From Dehalococcoidia bacterium (GTDB taxonomy: Bacteria > Chloroflexota > Dehalococcoidia > Lucifugimonadales > UBA3495), in assembly GCA_030740155.1 (NCBI GenBank), contig JASLXV010000025.1:1-64000 (forward strand): DNA of 64,000 nucleotides, given 5' to 3'. The translations under genes and the position numbers were made by a program. Below are positions 20,611 through 28,806 of this stretch, one piece after another; position 1 is the stretch's first letter, and each line of letters starts with the position of its first letter. The notes under the pieces are model-generated. The model was given only the letters and a program-made list of their open reading frames with translations, was not told the DNA's origin and made no database searches.

Positions 20611-20823
20611 CGAATCCCCTCCTCAGCTCCCAGTTCCTCACCTGCCGCCGGTACATGGACAGCTTGGCCTTGGTTAACCGGGCGGCACGTATCTACCGCA
20701 ATGTCGCGATTCTCGACCCCGGTTCGCCTGCGCCGGGTTTTGCTTTCCTGGTAAGTGAGCTAGATTCCCCATGACCCGAGCAGCCGGATTGGAGAACTCG
20801 GTCCGTTGTCAAAGCCACACCGG

Positions 20824-22110
20824 CTAAATCACGTTCCACCGGGGGTGGTGAGCCGCCTCGGCCTTGAGGTGGTCGACGATCCAGTCCCGCACCGGCTCCG
20901 CCAGGTAGAAAGTGGGCCGCAGCAAATCTCCTTCATCGGAGATCAGTCCCTCTTCCTGGGCCTGGGCTGCTATCAGGGAGCCGGGCAGCATGCGGACCCC
21001 AACCCTCAGGTTGGCGACCGCCGGGTTAACGGACCGCAAAAAAGCCAACTTCTCCTCCACGGTTTCTCGGGTCTCTCCTGGTTCGCCGAAAATCTGGGCC
21101 ATGGTGTAGTGAAGGTTCCCTTCCTCGCAGGTGTGGCAGACTTCCCGAAGGAGGTTCAGGTGCTTGCCCATTGCGGCCCCTTCGTGGCTGTCGCCGCCGG
21201 TCCCTCCCATGACCACCAGGGCGCAACCAGCCTGTTTCATCAGACCTATCAACTCCGAATCGCAGGTGTGAGGGGCAAAGCCCGTGTTCCAGTGGAGCTT
21301 CAGGCCGGCCTCGATGAGGGCATGGCAGAAAGATTTGGCGTGGGCCAAGGGGAGGTTGAACCCGTTGTCGATGAAGAAAATCTTGCGCAGCCCCAGGCGT
21401 TGCTCCAGATCTTTGACTTCCGCCACCACTTCGCTGATGGGTCGGATAACCCGCCAGGCGCCCTTCTCCTGGGCCGCCGGGGTGCCTGCGGAATTGTAAT
21501 GGCCCAGCTTGGTCAGCACCCCGATGCCAAACCCGGCTTGGCGGTACTTGGCCAGGTCCAGGTCTTCTAGGCGCGGGGGCTTGCTGAAACCGGAAGAGGA
21601 GCGCACGCCGTTGAAGGTGATCTCTCCGTTTTCCCGGTAGACCAGGCCGGGCAGGTCCTGGTAGGCTTCCGAGGCCTCCAGCCGGCCGGCCAACTCGGCG
21701 AAAGTCTCCCCGGCGTCGCCGACGATGCCCAGGTCCGGCTCAATGAAAGCGAAGCACTCCTTGGGCAGCACGCTGAATGCTGGGCCGCCGCAGATAATCG
21801 TCGCCTGGGTGACGGTCCGAATCCGTTCGGTGACCTCTTTGGCCACCGGCAGAATCCATTGGGGGTCCAGATAGCTTCCGTTGTCCAGGTTGCGAATCGA
21901 GAGCCCCACCACGTCAGGCTGGAACTCTTTCACCGTGGCCTCCACGTCGGCCAGATAGTTGTCGGAGAACATCAGGTCCAGCACCCTGGTGGAATGGCGG
22001 TCGGGGTCCAGGTGGCCGGCCACGTACGCCAGGCCGATGGGAAGTGGTTTCGCTTCCAGGCGGCTCATATACCGGCCGTGCCGGTTGGTTGCGATCAGCA
22101 GGACTCGCAT
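20824..22110 (-). CDS. Cobalamin-binding radical-SAM-like protein lacking CxxxCxxC
   Basis: B12-binding N-domain (PIGLAYVA, PDVVGLSIRN, GGPAFS) and barrel motifs (FFIDNGFN, GEPGETRET); TKLGHYNSAG stands where the cysteine triad should be. Confidence 0.8.
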   Translation of the reverse strand: MRVLLIATNRHGRYMSRLEAKPLPIGLAYVAGHLDPDRHSTRVLDLMFSDNYLADVEATVKEFQPDVVGLSIRNLDNGSYLDPQWILPVAKEVTERIRTVTQATIICGGPAFSVLPKECFAFIEPDLGIVGDAGETFAELAGRLEASEAYQDLPGLVYRENGEITFNGVRSSSGFSKPPRLEDLDLAKYRQAGFGIGVLTKLGHYNSAGTPAAQEKGAWRVIRPISEVVAEVKDLEQRLGLRKIFFIDNGFNLPLAHAKSFCHALIEAGLKLHWNTGFAPHTCDSELIGLMKQAGCALVVMGGTGGDSHEGAAMGKHLNLLREVCHTCEEGNLHYTMAQIFGEPGETRETVEEKLAFLRSVNPAVANLRVGVRMLPGSLIAAQAQEEGLISDEGDLLRPTFYLAEPVRDWIVDHLKAEAAHHPRWNVI

Positions 22111-22190
22111 ATCCCTCACCGATTAGAGGCTGGAGCCAAAACGCCATCATTATCGCCGATGGTTGGATATTTGACAAACGGGGCGCGTGC

Positions 22191-22255
22191 CCCTCACCCT
22201 CGTTCCCTCTCCCTCGGGAGAGGGATGCCCTGGCGCAGCCGGGGCTGGGTGAGGG
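22191..22255. repeat. Nested palindromic intergenic repeat
   Basis: CCCTCACCC...TCCCTCTCCC-TC-GGGAGAGGGA...GGGTGAGGG. Confidence 0.7.
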
Positions 22256-22311
22256 CCGCGTGCCTGCCAGCCGGCCGAGCTAAGAAACCCTGCCCCGGGC
22301 CCACGGAATTG

Positions 22312-22340
22312 TTGACATCCGGCAATGCCGGGCTTACAGT
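22312..22340 (+). promoter_or_regulatory. Sigma70-type promoter of the CoA-transferase operon
   Basis: TTGACA-N17-TACAGT. Confidence 0.65.
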
Positions 22341-22573
22341 GTCACTTGCCCGCTTCGAGCGCCCAGGGCGATGCCGCCAGTCTCGATTGCACTCTCTCGT
22401 GGCTTCTCATGCGGGAGTCCCCGGTCCCATAAACAGAATCCAGTTCCAGCGCCGCTTAGCCTGCTTCCCGGATCTTGGGCGCTTGAGACCCAGCAACGGA
22501 AGAGCGAGAGAGCGTTAAAGGGTATCCGGCGAGCAACAGAGTAGGGCGCTATTCACCTGAGCCGTGGAGCGCG

Positions 22574-23950
22574 ATGAGTGATGTTTCCCAAGAGCGAGAG
22601 GCGAAGGCTGAGCCCGAGGCGATGGGAAAGCCCCGCCCCCTGAACGGCATTAGGGTCATTGACTTTACCTGGGTCCGGGCCGGCCCCTGGGCAACCCGGT
22701 GGCTTGCCTCCATGGGCGCGGACGTGATCAAGGTCGAGTGGCCCAAGAACCTGGACATCCTGCGCCAAAACCGTTTCACCGTCCCCCGCGGGGTCGAACC
22801 CGGCCCCAACTCCACCGGCCAGTTCGCCGATACCAACGTCAACAAACGCGGCATCACCATCAACGTGCGCTCCCCCAAGGGACTGGAGTTGATCCAGCGC
22901 CTCATCTCCGTCTCCGACATCGTGATAGAGAATTTTAGCTCCCGGATCATGCAGCGATTTGGCCTGGGCTACGAGGAATTGAAGAAGCTCAAACCGGATA
23001 TTGTCTACGTGTCCATGGCCGGCTTCGGCCAGACGGGCCCGCAGCACGGTTACGGCACCATGGGACCCTCGGCCCAAGCACTCTCGGGTTTGACCTTTCT
23101 CTCCGGGCTGCCCGGCAAGCCGCCGGCGGGTTGGGGCTGGTCCTACCTCGACGATACGGGCGGCATGTACGGCGCCATGTGCGCCCTCACCGCCCTGAGG
23201 CACCGCAACGCCACGGGCCAGGGCCAGCACGTGGACCTGGCTCAGATGATAGTCGGGGTTACCCTGACCGGGTCCGCCTTCCTGGACCGCACGGTTAACG
23301 GCCGAGAATCCAGACGGAAAGGGTATCCTCCCGGCAACCGGACCGTCTGGCCGGGCGCGTCTAGCGTCAACAACTACCGCGGCCCCACCGTGGCGCCCCA
23401 CAACGCCTACCGCACCAAGGGTGGCGGCTACAACGACTGGTGCGCTATCGTTTGCGGCTCCGACCAGGAATGGCAGAGCCTGGTCCGGGTGATGGGTAGT
23501 CCCGGCTGGGCCACCGATGCGAAGCTTGACGAATTACCGGGGCGCATCGAACACCAGGAAGAGATGGACCAGGCCATCGAGAGGTGGACCCAAACCCTTG
23601 AGAAGTACGAGCTGATGGAAAAATGCCAGGCGGCGGGGGTCCGGGCCATGCCGGTGCAAAGCTCCGAAGACCGGGTGGAGCATGACCCCCAGCTTCGGGC
23701 TCGCCACGCTTACACGAAGATGGACCACCCTACCCTGGGACCCTGGAAATTTCAGAACGCCCCCTTCGACCTCTCCAAGTCACCGGCGGAAGTGTTCCGC
23801 CCGCCGCCGCTTATCGGCCAGCACAACCGGGAAGTATTCGAAGGGTTGCTGGGGCTCTCCCTCGAGGAAGTGCGGGAGGCCTACGACGACGGCACCTTCT
23901 GGCCCTCGGATATGCCAACGTACCCCTATGTTCAGAAGGCACTGCGGTGA
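22574..23950 (+). CDS. Family III (CaiB/BaiF) CoA-transferase, Asp-containing subunit
   Basis: RVIDFT..AGP, GADVIKVE, NKRGIT, ENFS, GFGQTGP and YLDDTGG motifs. Confidence 0.93.
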   Translation: MSDVSQEREAKAEPEAMGKPRPLNGIRVIDFTWVRAGPWATRWLASMGADVIKVEWPKNLDILRQNRFTVPRGVEPGPNSTGQFADTNVNKRGITINVRSPKGLELIQRLISVSDIVIENFSSRIMQRFGLGYEELKKLKPDIVYVSMAGFGQTGPQHGYGTMGPSAQALSGLTFLSGLPGKPPAGWGWSYLDDTGGMYGAMCALTALRHRNATGQGQHVDLAQMIVGVTLTGSAFLDRTVNGRESRRKGYPPGNRTVWPGASSVNNYRGPTVAPHNAYRTKGGGYNDWCAIVCGSDQEWQSLVRVMGSPGWATDAKLDELPGRIEHQEEMDQAIERWTQTLEKYELMEKCQAAGVRAMPVQSSEDRVEHDPQLRARHAYTKMDHPTLGPWKFQNAPFDLSKSPAEVFRPPPLIGQHNREVFEGLLGLSLEEVREAYDDGTFWPSDMPTYPYVQKALR

Positions 23951-25221
23951 CCGGCGGTACTCAGGCGGACCCCGGCGTCACTGCTGCCGGCCCCCTTTCC
24001 GGCTTGCGGGTGCTGGAGTTGGCCGACGAGAAGGGTCAGTTCTGCGGCAAGCTGATGGCCGACCTGGGGGCAGACGTGATCAAGGTCGAGCCTCCCGGCG
24101 GGCAGCACACCCGGTCGGTCGGTCCCTTCCTGGACGACATACCGCACCGGGAGCGCAGTCTCTCCTTCTGGCACTACAACACCTCCAAACGGGGCATCAC
24201 CCTGGACCTGGAAAGCCCCGGCGGCAGGAGCATTTTCCGCCGCTTGGTTCCCAGCATTGACATAATACTGGAGACGCATCCGCCGGGGTACCTTCCATCT
24301 TTGGGGCTCGGCTACGATGAGTTGGCATCCCTGAACCCCGGCCTCATCATGTGCTCCCTGACGCCCTTTGGGCAGGTGGGGCCGTGGCGGGACTACGCCA
24401 CCTCCGACTTGCTCCACCTGGCGGCGGGAGGCCAGATGGCGTCTTGTGGTTATGACCAGGAGGACGTGGCCGACGCTCCTCCCCTCGGGCCGGGAGGCGG
24501 CAACGCCTGGCACATCGCCAGCCACTACGCCTACATGGGTATCCTGGCGGCCCTCTACTACCGGGACATGTCCGGAGAAGGGCAGTATATCGACGCGTCG
24601 GTCCACGAGGCCTGCGCCTTGACCACCGAGGGAGCTATCGCCATCTACATCTCCACCGGCGAGGTGGTGCAGCGTCACACGGGGCGGGCCGCGGCGCCCG
24701 GTAAAACGCCCGCCACCCAGTTGCCGACGGGAGACGGGGGATGGGTCAACACCACCCGCTCGGGGAGTACGCCGCCCCGGCTGCGCCAGATGGCAGAGTG
24801 GATGGACGGCTATGGCCTGGCTCAGGACCTGCTGGACGAGACGTACAGGACCGTCCAGGGAATCGAGGACAACGCCGCCCATGTCAGCCAGGTGACGGCT
24901 GAGTTCTTCGCTCAACTCACTCAGGAGGAGCTGTGGCATGGGGGGCAGCAGCGAGACCTGCCCTGGGGCGCGATTCGGACCATGGACGAGATCGTGGACG
25001 ACCCCCACCTGGCGGACCGGGGGTTTTTCGTGGACGTGGAGCACCCGGAGCTAGAGCGGAGCTTCGTCTACCCAGGTTCGGCGGCCATCTACAACGGATC
25101 GCCCTGGCGAATCTCGCGCCGGGCGCCGCTGATCGGTGAACATAACCTGGAGGTCCTTTGCGGCGAACTGGGTATGAGCCGGGAGGAGTTGACGCTGCTG
25201 GCTGAATCGGGAATAATCTAG
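23947..25221 (+). CDS. Family III CoA-transferase, subunit lacking the catalytic Asp
   Basis: LADEKGQFCG, GADVIKVEPPGG, NTSKRGIT and APLIGEHN motifs; AWHIASH at the Asp position. Confidence 0.9.
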   Translation: MTGGTQADPGVTAAGPLSGLRVLELADEKGQFCGKLMADLGADVIKVEPPGGQHTRSVGPFLDDIPHRERSLSFWHYNTSKRGITLDLESPGGRSIFRRLVPSIDIILETHPPGYLPSLGLGYDELASLNPGLIMCSLTPFGQVGPWRDYATSDLLHLAAGGQMASCGYDQEDVADAPPLGPGGGNAWHIASHYAYMGILAALYYRDMSGEGQYIDASVHEACALTTEGAIAIYISTGEVVQRHTGRAAAPGKTPATQLPTGDGGWVNTTRSGSTPPRLRQMAEWMDGYGLAQDLLDETYRTVQGIEDNAAHVSQVTAEFFAQLTQEELWHGGQQRDLPWGAIRTMDEIVDDPHLADRGFFVDVEHPELERSFVYPGSAAIYNGSPWRISRRAPLIGEHNLEVLCGELGMSREELTLLAESGII

Positions 25222-25443
25222 GCGTCGAGAGGCCGGGTCAATCGGCGGGTCGACAGCACCTTTCCAAACTCGTCGAAGGAGTTACCGCGAGCCGGTGAAC
25301 GGTCTTCGTCACGGCGGCTGGGCTGGCCAGTCCAGCGGGCCGGCCATGGGGCGCCCCGGAATTGGGGTTGGCCCACCGAAGAACGGGTTTCGCTGGAGCG
25401 CGGCCTTTGAGATAGTTACTAATCAACAAGGAGGTGTCCTTTT

Positions 25444-26625
25444 ATGAGCTTGAGAGCCAAAGCAGCCATAGTGGGCTTCGGCGAGGTGCCTACCCGGAGG
25501 ACCTATCCGGGCAGATCCACCAACTCCCTTCTAGCCGAGTCGATCCGAATGGCAATAGCCGACGCCGGGCTGGTCAAGGGGCAGATCGACGGTCTGATCA
25601 CCCGGGGGACCGACGTCAGTGAGGTGGACCTGGCCGAGTACATGGGTCTGCCGGTGGAATTTTGCATGGGCATTACCCAGCACGGCGCCAGCGGCGCCCA
25701 CGCGGTGGCCATGGCCGCGTCGGCCGTCGCCTCCGGGCTGGCCAACACCATCGTGTGTGTTTTCGGCGGCACCAGGGACCCAGACCTGGGCGGGTTGGCC
25801 CCAGGATCCTACCATTCAGCGCCGGCGGCTACCAAGACCAGCGAGTGGGAGACTCCCTTCGGGATGGCTCCCGGCGCCTGCACGGGCTACGGCCTGATGA
25901 TGCGGCGCCACATGTACGAGTTTGGCACCACGGCGGAGCAGTTTGCCCAAATGGCGGTGAACCAGCGCTTCAACGCGCTGAAAAACCCCAACGCGGCCTT
26001 CGCCGGGCAGGCTATCACGGTGCAGGATGTCCTCAACTCCAGATTCGTCAACGACCCGCTGCACCTGTTCGAGTGCGTCATGCCCTGTGCTGGAGCGGCG
26101 GCCTGTATCGTCACCTCGGCCGAGCGGGCCAGGTCGCTGCCCAATCCCCCGGTTTACATTCTGGGGGCGGCGGCGAGCGCCAGCGACCACGACCTGATCT
26201 GGCAGGCAGAAAGGATTACCACCACTTCGGTGGCCCTCTCCTCTCGGCGCGCCTTCGAAATGGCGGGATACGGCCCCAAGGATATTGAGTTCGCCGAATT
26301 CTATGATTGATACACGATCCTTGAGGCCGTGTGCCTCGAAGACGCGGGCTTTTGTGAAAAGGGGGAAATCGGTCCCTTCTTTGAGTCGGTGGATACAACG
26401 TACAAAGGGAGCTTCCCCATCAATACCGACGGCGGCCAGCTATCTGCCGGACAACCGGTGGGAGGCGGCGGAGGCTTCAGGCACGTCATCGAGTCTGTCC
26501 GCCAGCTGATGGGCCGGGGTGACGAGAGGCAGGTGGCCAAGCACGACCTCTCCATGGTGAATGGTTGAGGCGGCACCGCGAGCGTGATGTGCACGCTCAT
26601 ACTCGGCACTGAAGCTGCGAAGTAG
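25444..26625 (+). CDS. Thiolase-fold selenoprotein candidate, 393 aa with two Sec (U289, U375)
   Basis: One frame continues through TGA 26308-26310 (FYD-U-YTI) and TGA 26566-26568 (VNG-U-GGT) to TAG 26623-26625. Thiolase motifs (LEDAGFC.KGE, INTDGGQLS, RQLMG, TLILG) follow the TGAs, and a SECIS-like hairpin follows each. Confidence 0.85.
26321..26340 (+). promoter_or_regulatory. Putative SECIS element for UGA 26308
   Basis: TTGAGGC-CGTGT-GCCTCGAA; the loop begins 17 nt after the UGA. Confidence 0.7.
26580..26598 (+). promoter_or_regulatory. Putative SECIS element for UGA 26566
   Basis: Perfect 7-bp stem GAGCGTG-ATGTG-CACGCTC; loop 18 nt after the UGA. Confidence 0.7.
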
Positions 26626-26636
26626 GGAAGCTGAAA

Positions 26637-27065
26637 ATGACTACAGAATACAAAAAACCTCTACCGAGGCCAATCCACGCGAAGCTCACCGCACCGTTCT
26701 GGGAGGGAGCCAAGCGGCATGAACTGATGATGCCCCGCTGCACCAATTGCGACAAGTTCCACTTCTATCCCAGGGAGGAATGTCCCCGGTGTTTCTCCCA
26801 GAAGATCGAATGGGCGAAGGTCAGCGGCCGGGGCAGGCTGCACTCGTACACCATCATCCACCAGACGGCCCAGCGTGTCTTCCAAGACGATGCTCCCCAC
26901 GTGTATGCCATTGTCCAGCTGGATGAAGGCCCCAGGATGATCTCCAACGTGGTGGATTCCAACATGAAGCCCATGCTGGAGGGGCTGGAGATGGACATGC
27001 CGGTGGTGGCGGTGTACGACGACGTCACTCCTGAAGTCACCCTCGTCAAGTTCGTAAAGGCCTAG
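26637..27065 (+). CDS. DUF35 Zn-ribbon/OB-fold protein
   Basis: PFWEG, CTNC...CPRC, SGRGRLHSYT and VQLDEGPR motifs; starts 11 nt after the extended thiolase stop. Confidence 0.92.
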   Translation: MTTEYKKPLPRPIHAKLTAPFWEGAKRHELMMPRCTNCDKFHFYPREECPRCFSQKIEWAKVSGRGRLHSYTIIHQTAQRVFQDDAPHVYAIVQLDEGPRMISNVVDSNMKPMLEGLEMDMPVVAVYDDVTPEVTLVKFVKA

Positions 27066-27117
27066 GCCCTAGCCCAGTACTTGAATCGAAAATTGCCGTC
27101 ATGAACACCCTTTAACC

Positions 27118-27173
27118 GTGAGCTTGCCGAAGGGCGCGAGGTCGGTGGTTCGACAAGCTCACCACGAACGGTG
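27118..27173. repeat. REP-like palindromic repeat
   Basis: GTGAGCTTGCCGAA / TTCGACAAGCTCAC inverted pair; 22 nt identical to 1071-1092. Confidence 0.75.
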
Positions 27174-27472
27174 CTTGTAACGCCGATTATCGAAAGTAAG
27201 TCTGGTTACCCGTGGCCGTGGTACGGCGGGCTGGACCTGAGGTTAACTGAACAGGTCCGGCTTCGTCGCGGCTCGGCTTCGAGCGCCGGGGTCTGGGTTG
27301 GAGCACGTCCCGGGTCGCTGGCCGACAAGTTGCTGGAAGTTCCCCCTGATGCCCCTTCGCGATAAAAGGGTGAAGGGGGATTTCTGCCCGGTAACCTGTT
27401 GTTTTCGCGATACGGGAGCTAGGCCCGGGCGTCAACTATCCAATACCGGAGCCCCATTAGAAGGAGATTATC

Positions 27473-28168
27473 ATGCCCTACGATGAACTTGCGGGACTGC
27501 TGGAGAGGCGGCTGCAACTGCAGTTTCAGCCCATTGCCATGACCTTTGTGCAGGAGCAGCCCCCGGAGATACCCAGAACGGGGATGGTGCTACCGTCTAG
27601 CTGTTCCTTCTGGCGGCAGGCGGAAACCGAGGTTTTCTTTGCCGCGGCAGAGGACCACTACCGCTGTCCCCTGGGCGCCATGGTCATGGGGTTTCCCTTG
27701 CCCGAGCAGCAGATGAAGGAGCTGATGGAAGAGGTGGGGCAGATGTGCGCCGCTTCCTATGTCCGGGAAGAGGAGGTGGAGCACGTTCCCAAGAACGAAA
27801 ATCCTTCCGCCGGCATCGTCTACGGGCCTTTGGGGCGCTTCCCTCTGGAGCCCGACGCCGTCCTCCTCTGGCTCACACCGCAGCAGGCAATGGTCATGAA
27901 CGAGGCCTGTGGACTCACTAACTGGGCCGAGCAAGCCGATGGTGTGTTTGGCCGCCCCGGCTGTTCCGCCATTCCCCTAGCCCTGTCCAAGGGGAAGCCC
28001 TCCCAATCCTGGGGGTGTGTTGGTATGCGCCTCAACACCGACATCCCCGGCGAGGTGTTCCTCATGGCGATTCCCGGGACCCGGCTGCAGAGCCTGGAAG
28101 TGGACCTGATATTCACCACGGAAGTGCACCAGAGGATGAAGGATTACTACTTGGCCCGGACCGGGTAG
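27473..28168 (+). CDS. DUF169 family protein
   Basis: Spaced Cys pattern (SSCSFW, CPLG, PGC, SWGCVGMR) and YGPL..FPLEPDAV. Confidence 0.75.
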   Translation: MPYDELAGLLERRLQLQFQPIAMTFVQEQPPEIPRTGMVLPSSCSFWRQAETEVFFAAAEDHYRCPLGAMVMGFPLPEQQMKELMEEVGQMCAASYVREEEVEHVPKNENPSAGIVYGPLGRFPLEPDAVLLWLTPQQAMVMNEACGLTNWAEQADGVFGRPGCSAIPLALSKGKPSQSWGCVGMRLNTDIPGEVFLMAIPGTRLQSLEVDLIFTTEVHQRMKDYYLARTG

Positions 28169-28227
28169 GGCGGCTTATCCAGGATAGCTCGATCCCAAGT
28201 GGGGCCGTGGCGGATGCCGGCGGACTG

Positions 28228-28806
28228 ATGCCCCGCAGAGTTGGCGAGGTGGTGGCTACCGCGTCCACATCCTTTGTTGCCCAGTGTTATCGGCTAGACG
28301 GCGCGCCGCCTCTGGGAAGCTTCGTCCGGACCGGCTCCTCCTGGGTCTACGGGGTTGTCTGCCGGGTTAGCACCGAGCCTCTGGACCCCAGCCGCCCGGT
28401 GCTGGCCCGGGGGGAGAGCGCCTCCTCCGAGGAGGAGGTGTTTCGCGACAATCCTCAGCTGGCCAGGCTGCTGACCACCCGGTTCGACGCACTCATCGCC
28501 GGACACCGGACGGGGGATGAGTGCCGGCATTTCCTGCCGCCCCTGCCGCCTCCGGTCCACTCATTCGTCTACGCCTGCTCCCCCGCCGAAACGGCCCAGT
28601 TCACCAACCGGCTGGATTTCATCCACTTGCTGCTCAACTCCGGAATACCCGTCGTCGACGAGGTCGTCGGGGCTTGTTTGCGGGCCGCCGCTGGGGCCCA
28701 GCCGGACGGGGCAGGGTTCCTGGTCCGTGCCGGCAGGGCTTTGGCCTCCAAGTTGGCGGGCGACGTTCCCAGACTGAACTCGATTTTGCGGAGGGTGGCG
28801 CCGTGA
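28228..28806 (+). CDS. HAS-barrel domain protein
   Basis: VGEVV...FVAQCY...PPLGSFV and LPPLPPPVH motifs; coupled to the HerA gene. Confidence 0.7.
   Translation: MPRRVGEVVATASTSFVAQCYRLDGAPPLGSFVRTGSSWVYGVVCRVSTEPLDPSRPVLARGESASSEEEVFRDNPQLARLLTTRFDALIAGHRTGDECRHFLPPLPPPVHSFVYACSPAETAQFTNRLDFIHLLLNSGIPVVDEVVGACLRAAAGAQPDGAGFLVRAGRALASKLAGDVPRLNSILRRVAP

Noticed and set aside
22120..22560. Cobalamin riboswitch upstream of the B12-binding gene
   Set aside because: No recognisable B12-box or core motifs in the right order on the minus strand.
25444..26625. Thiolase as a pseudogene with nonsense mutations
   Set aside because: There is no frameshift, both stops are TGA at active-site loops with hairpins, and downstream motifs are intact. 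Sec is more parsimonious, though unproven.
28521..28802. N-terminal extension of HerA in the ORF track
   Set aside because: It overlaps the HAS-barrel gene; the GTG at 28803 coupled to the upstream stop is the more plausible start.
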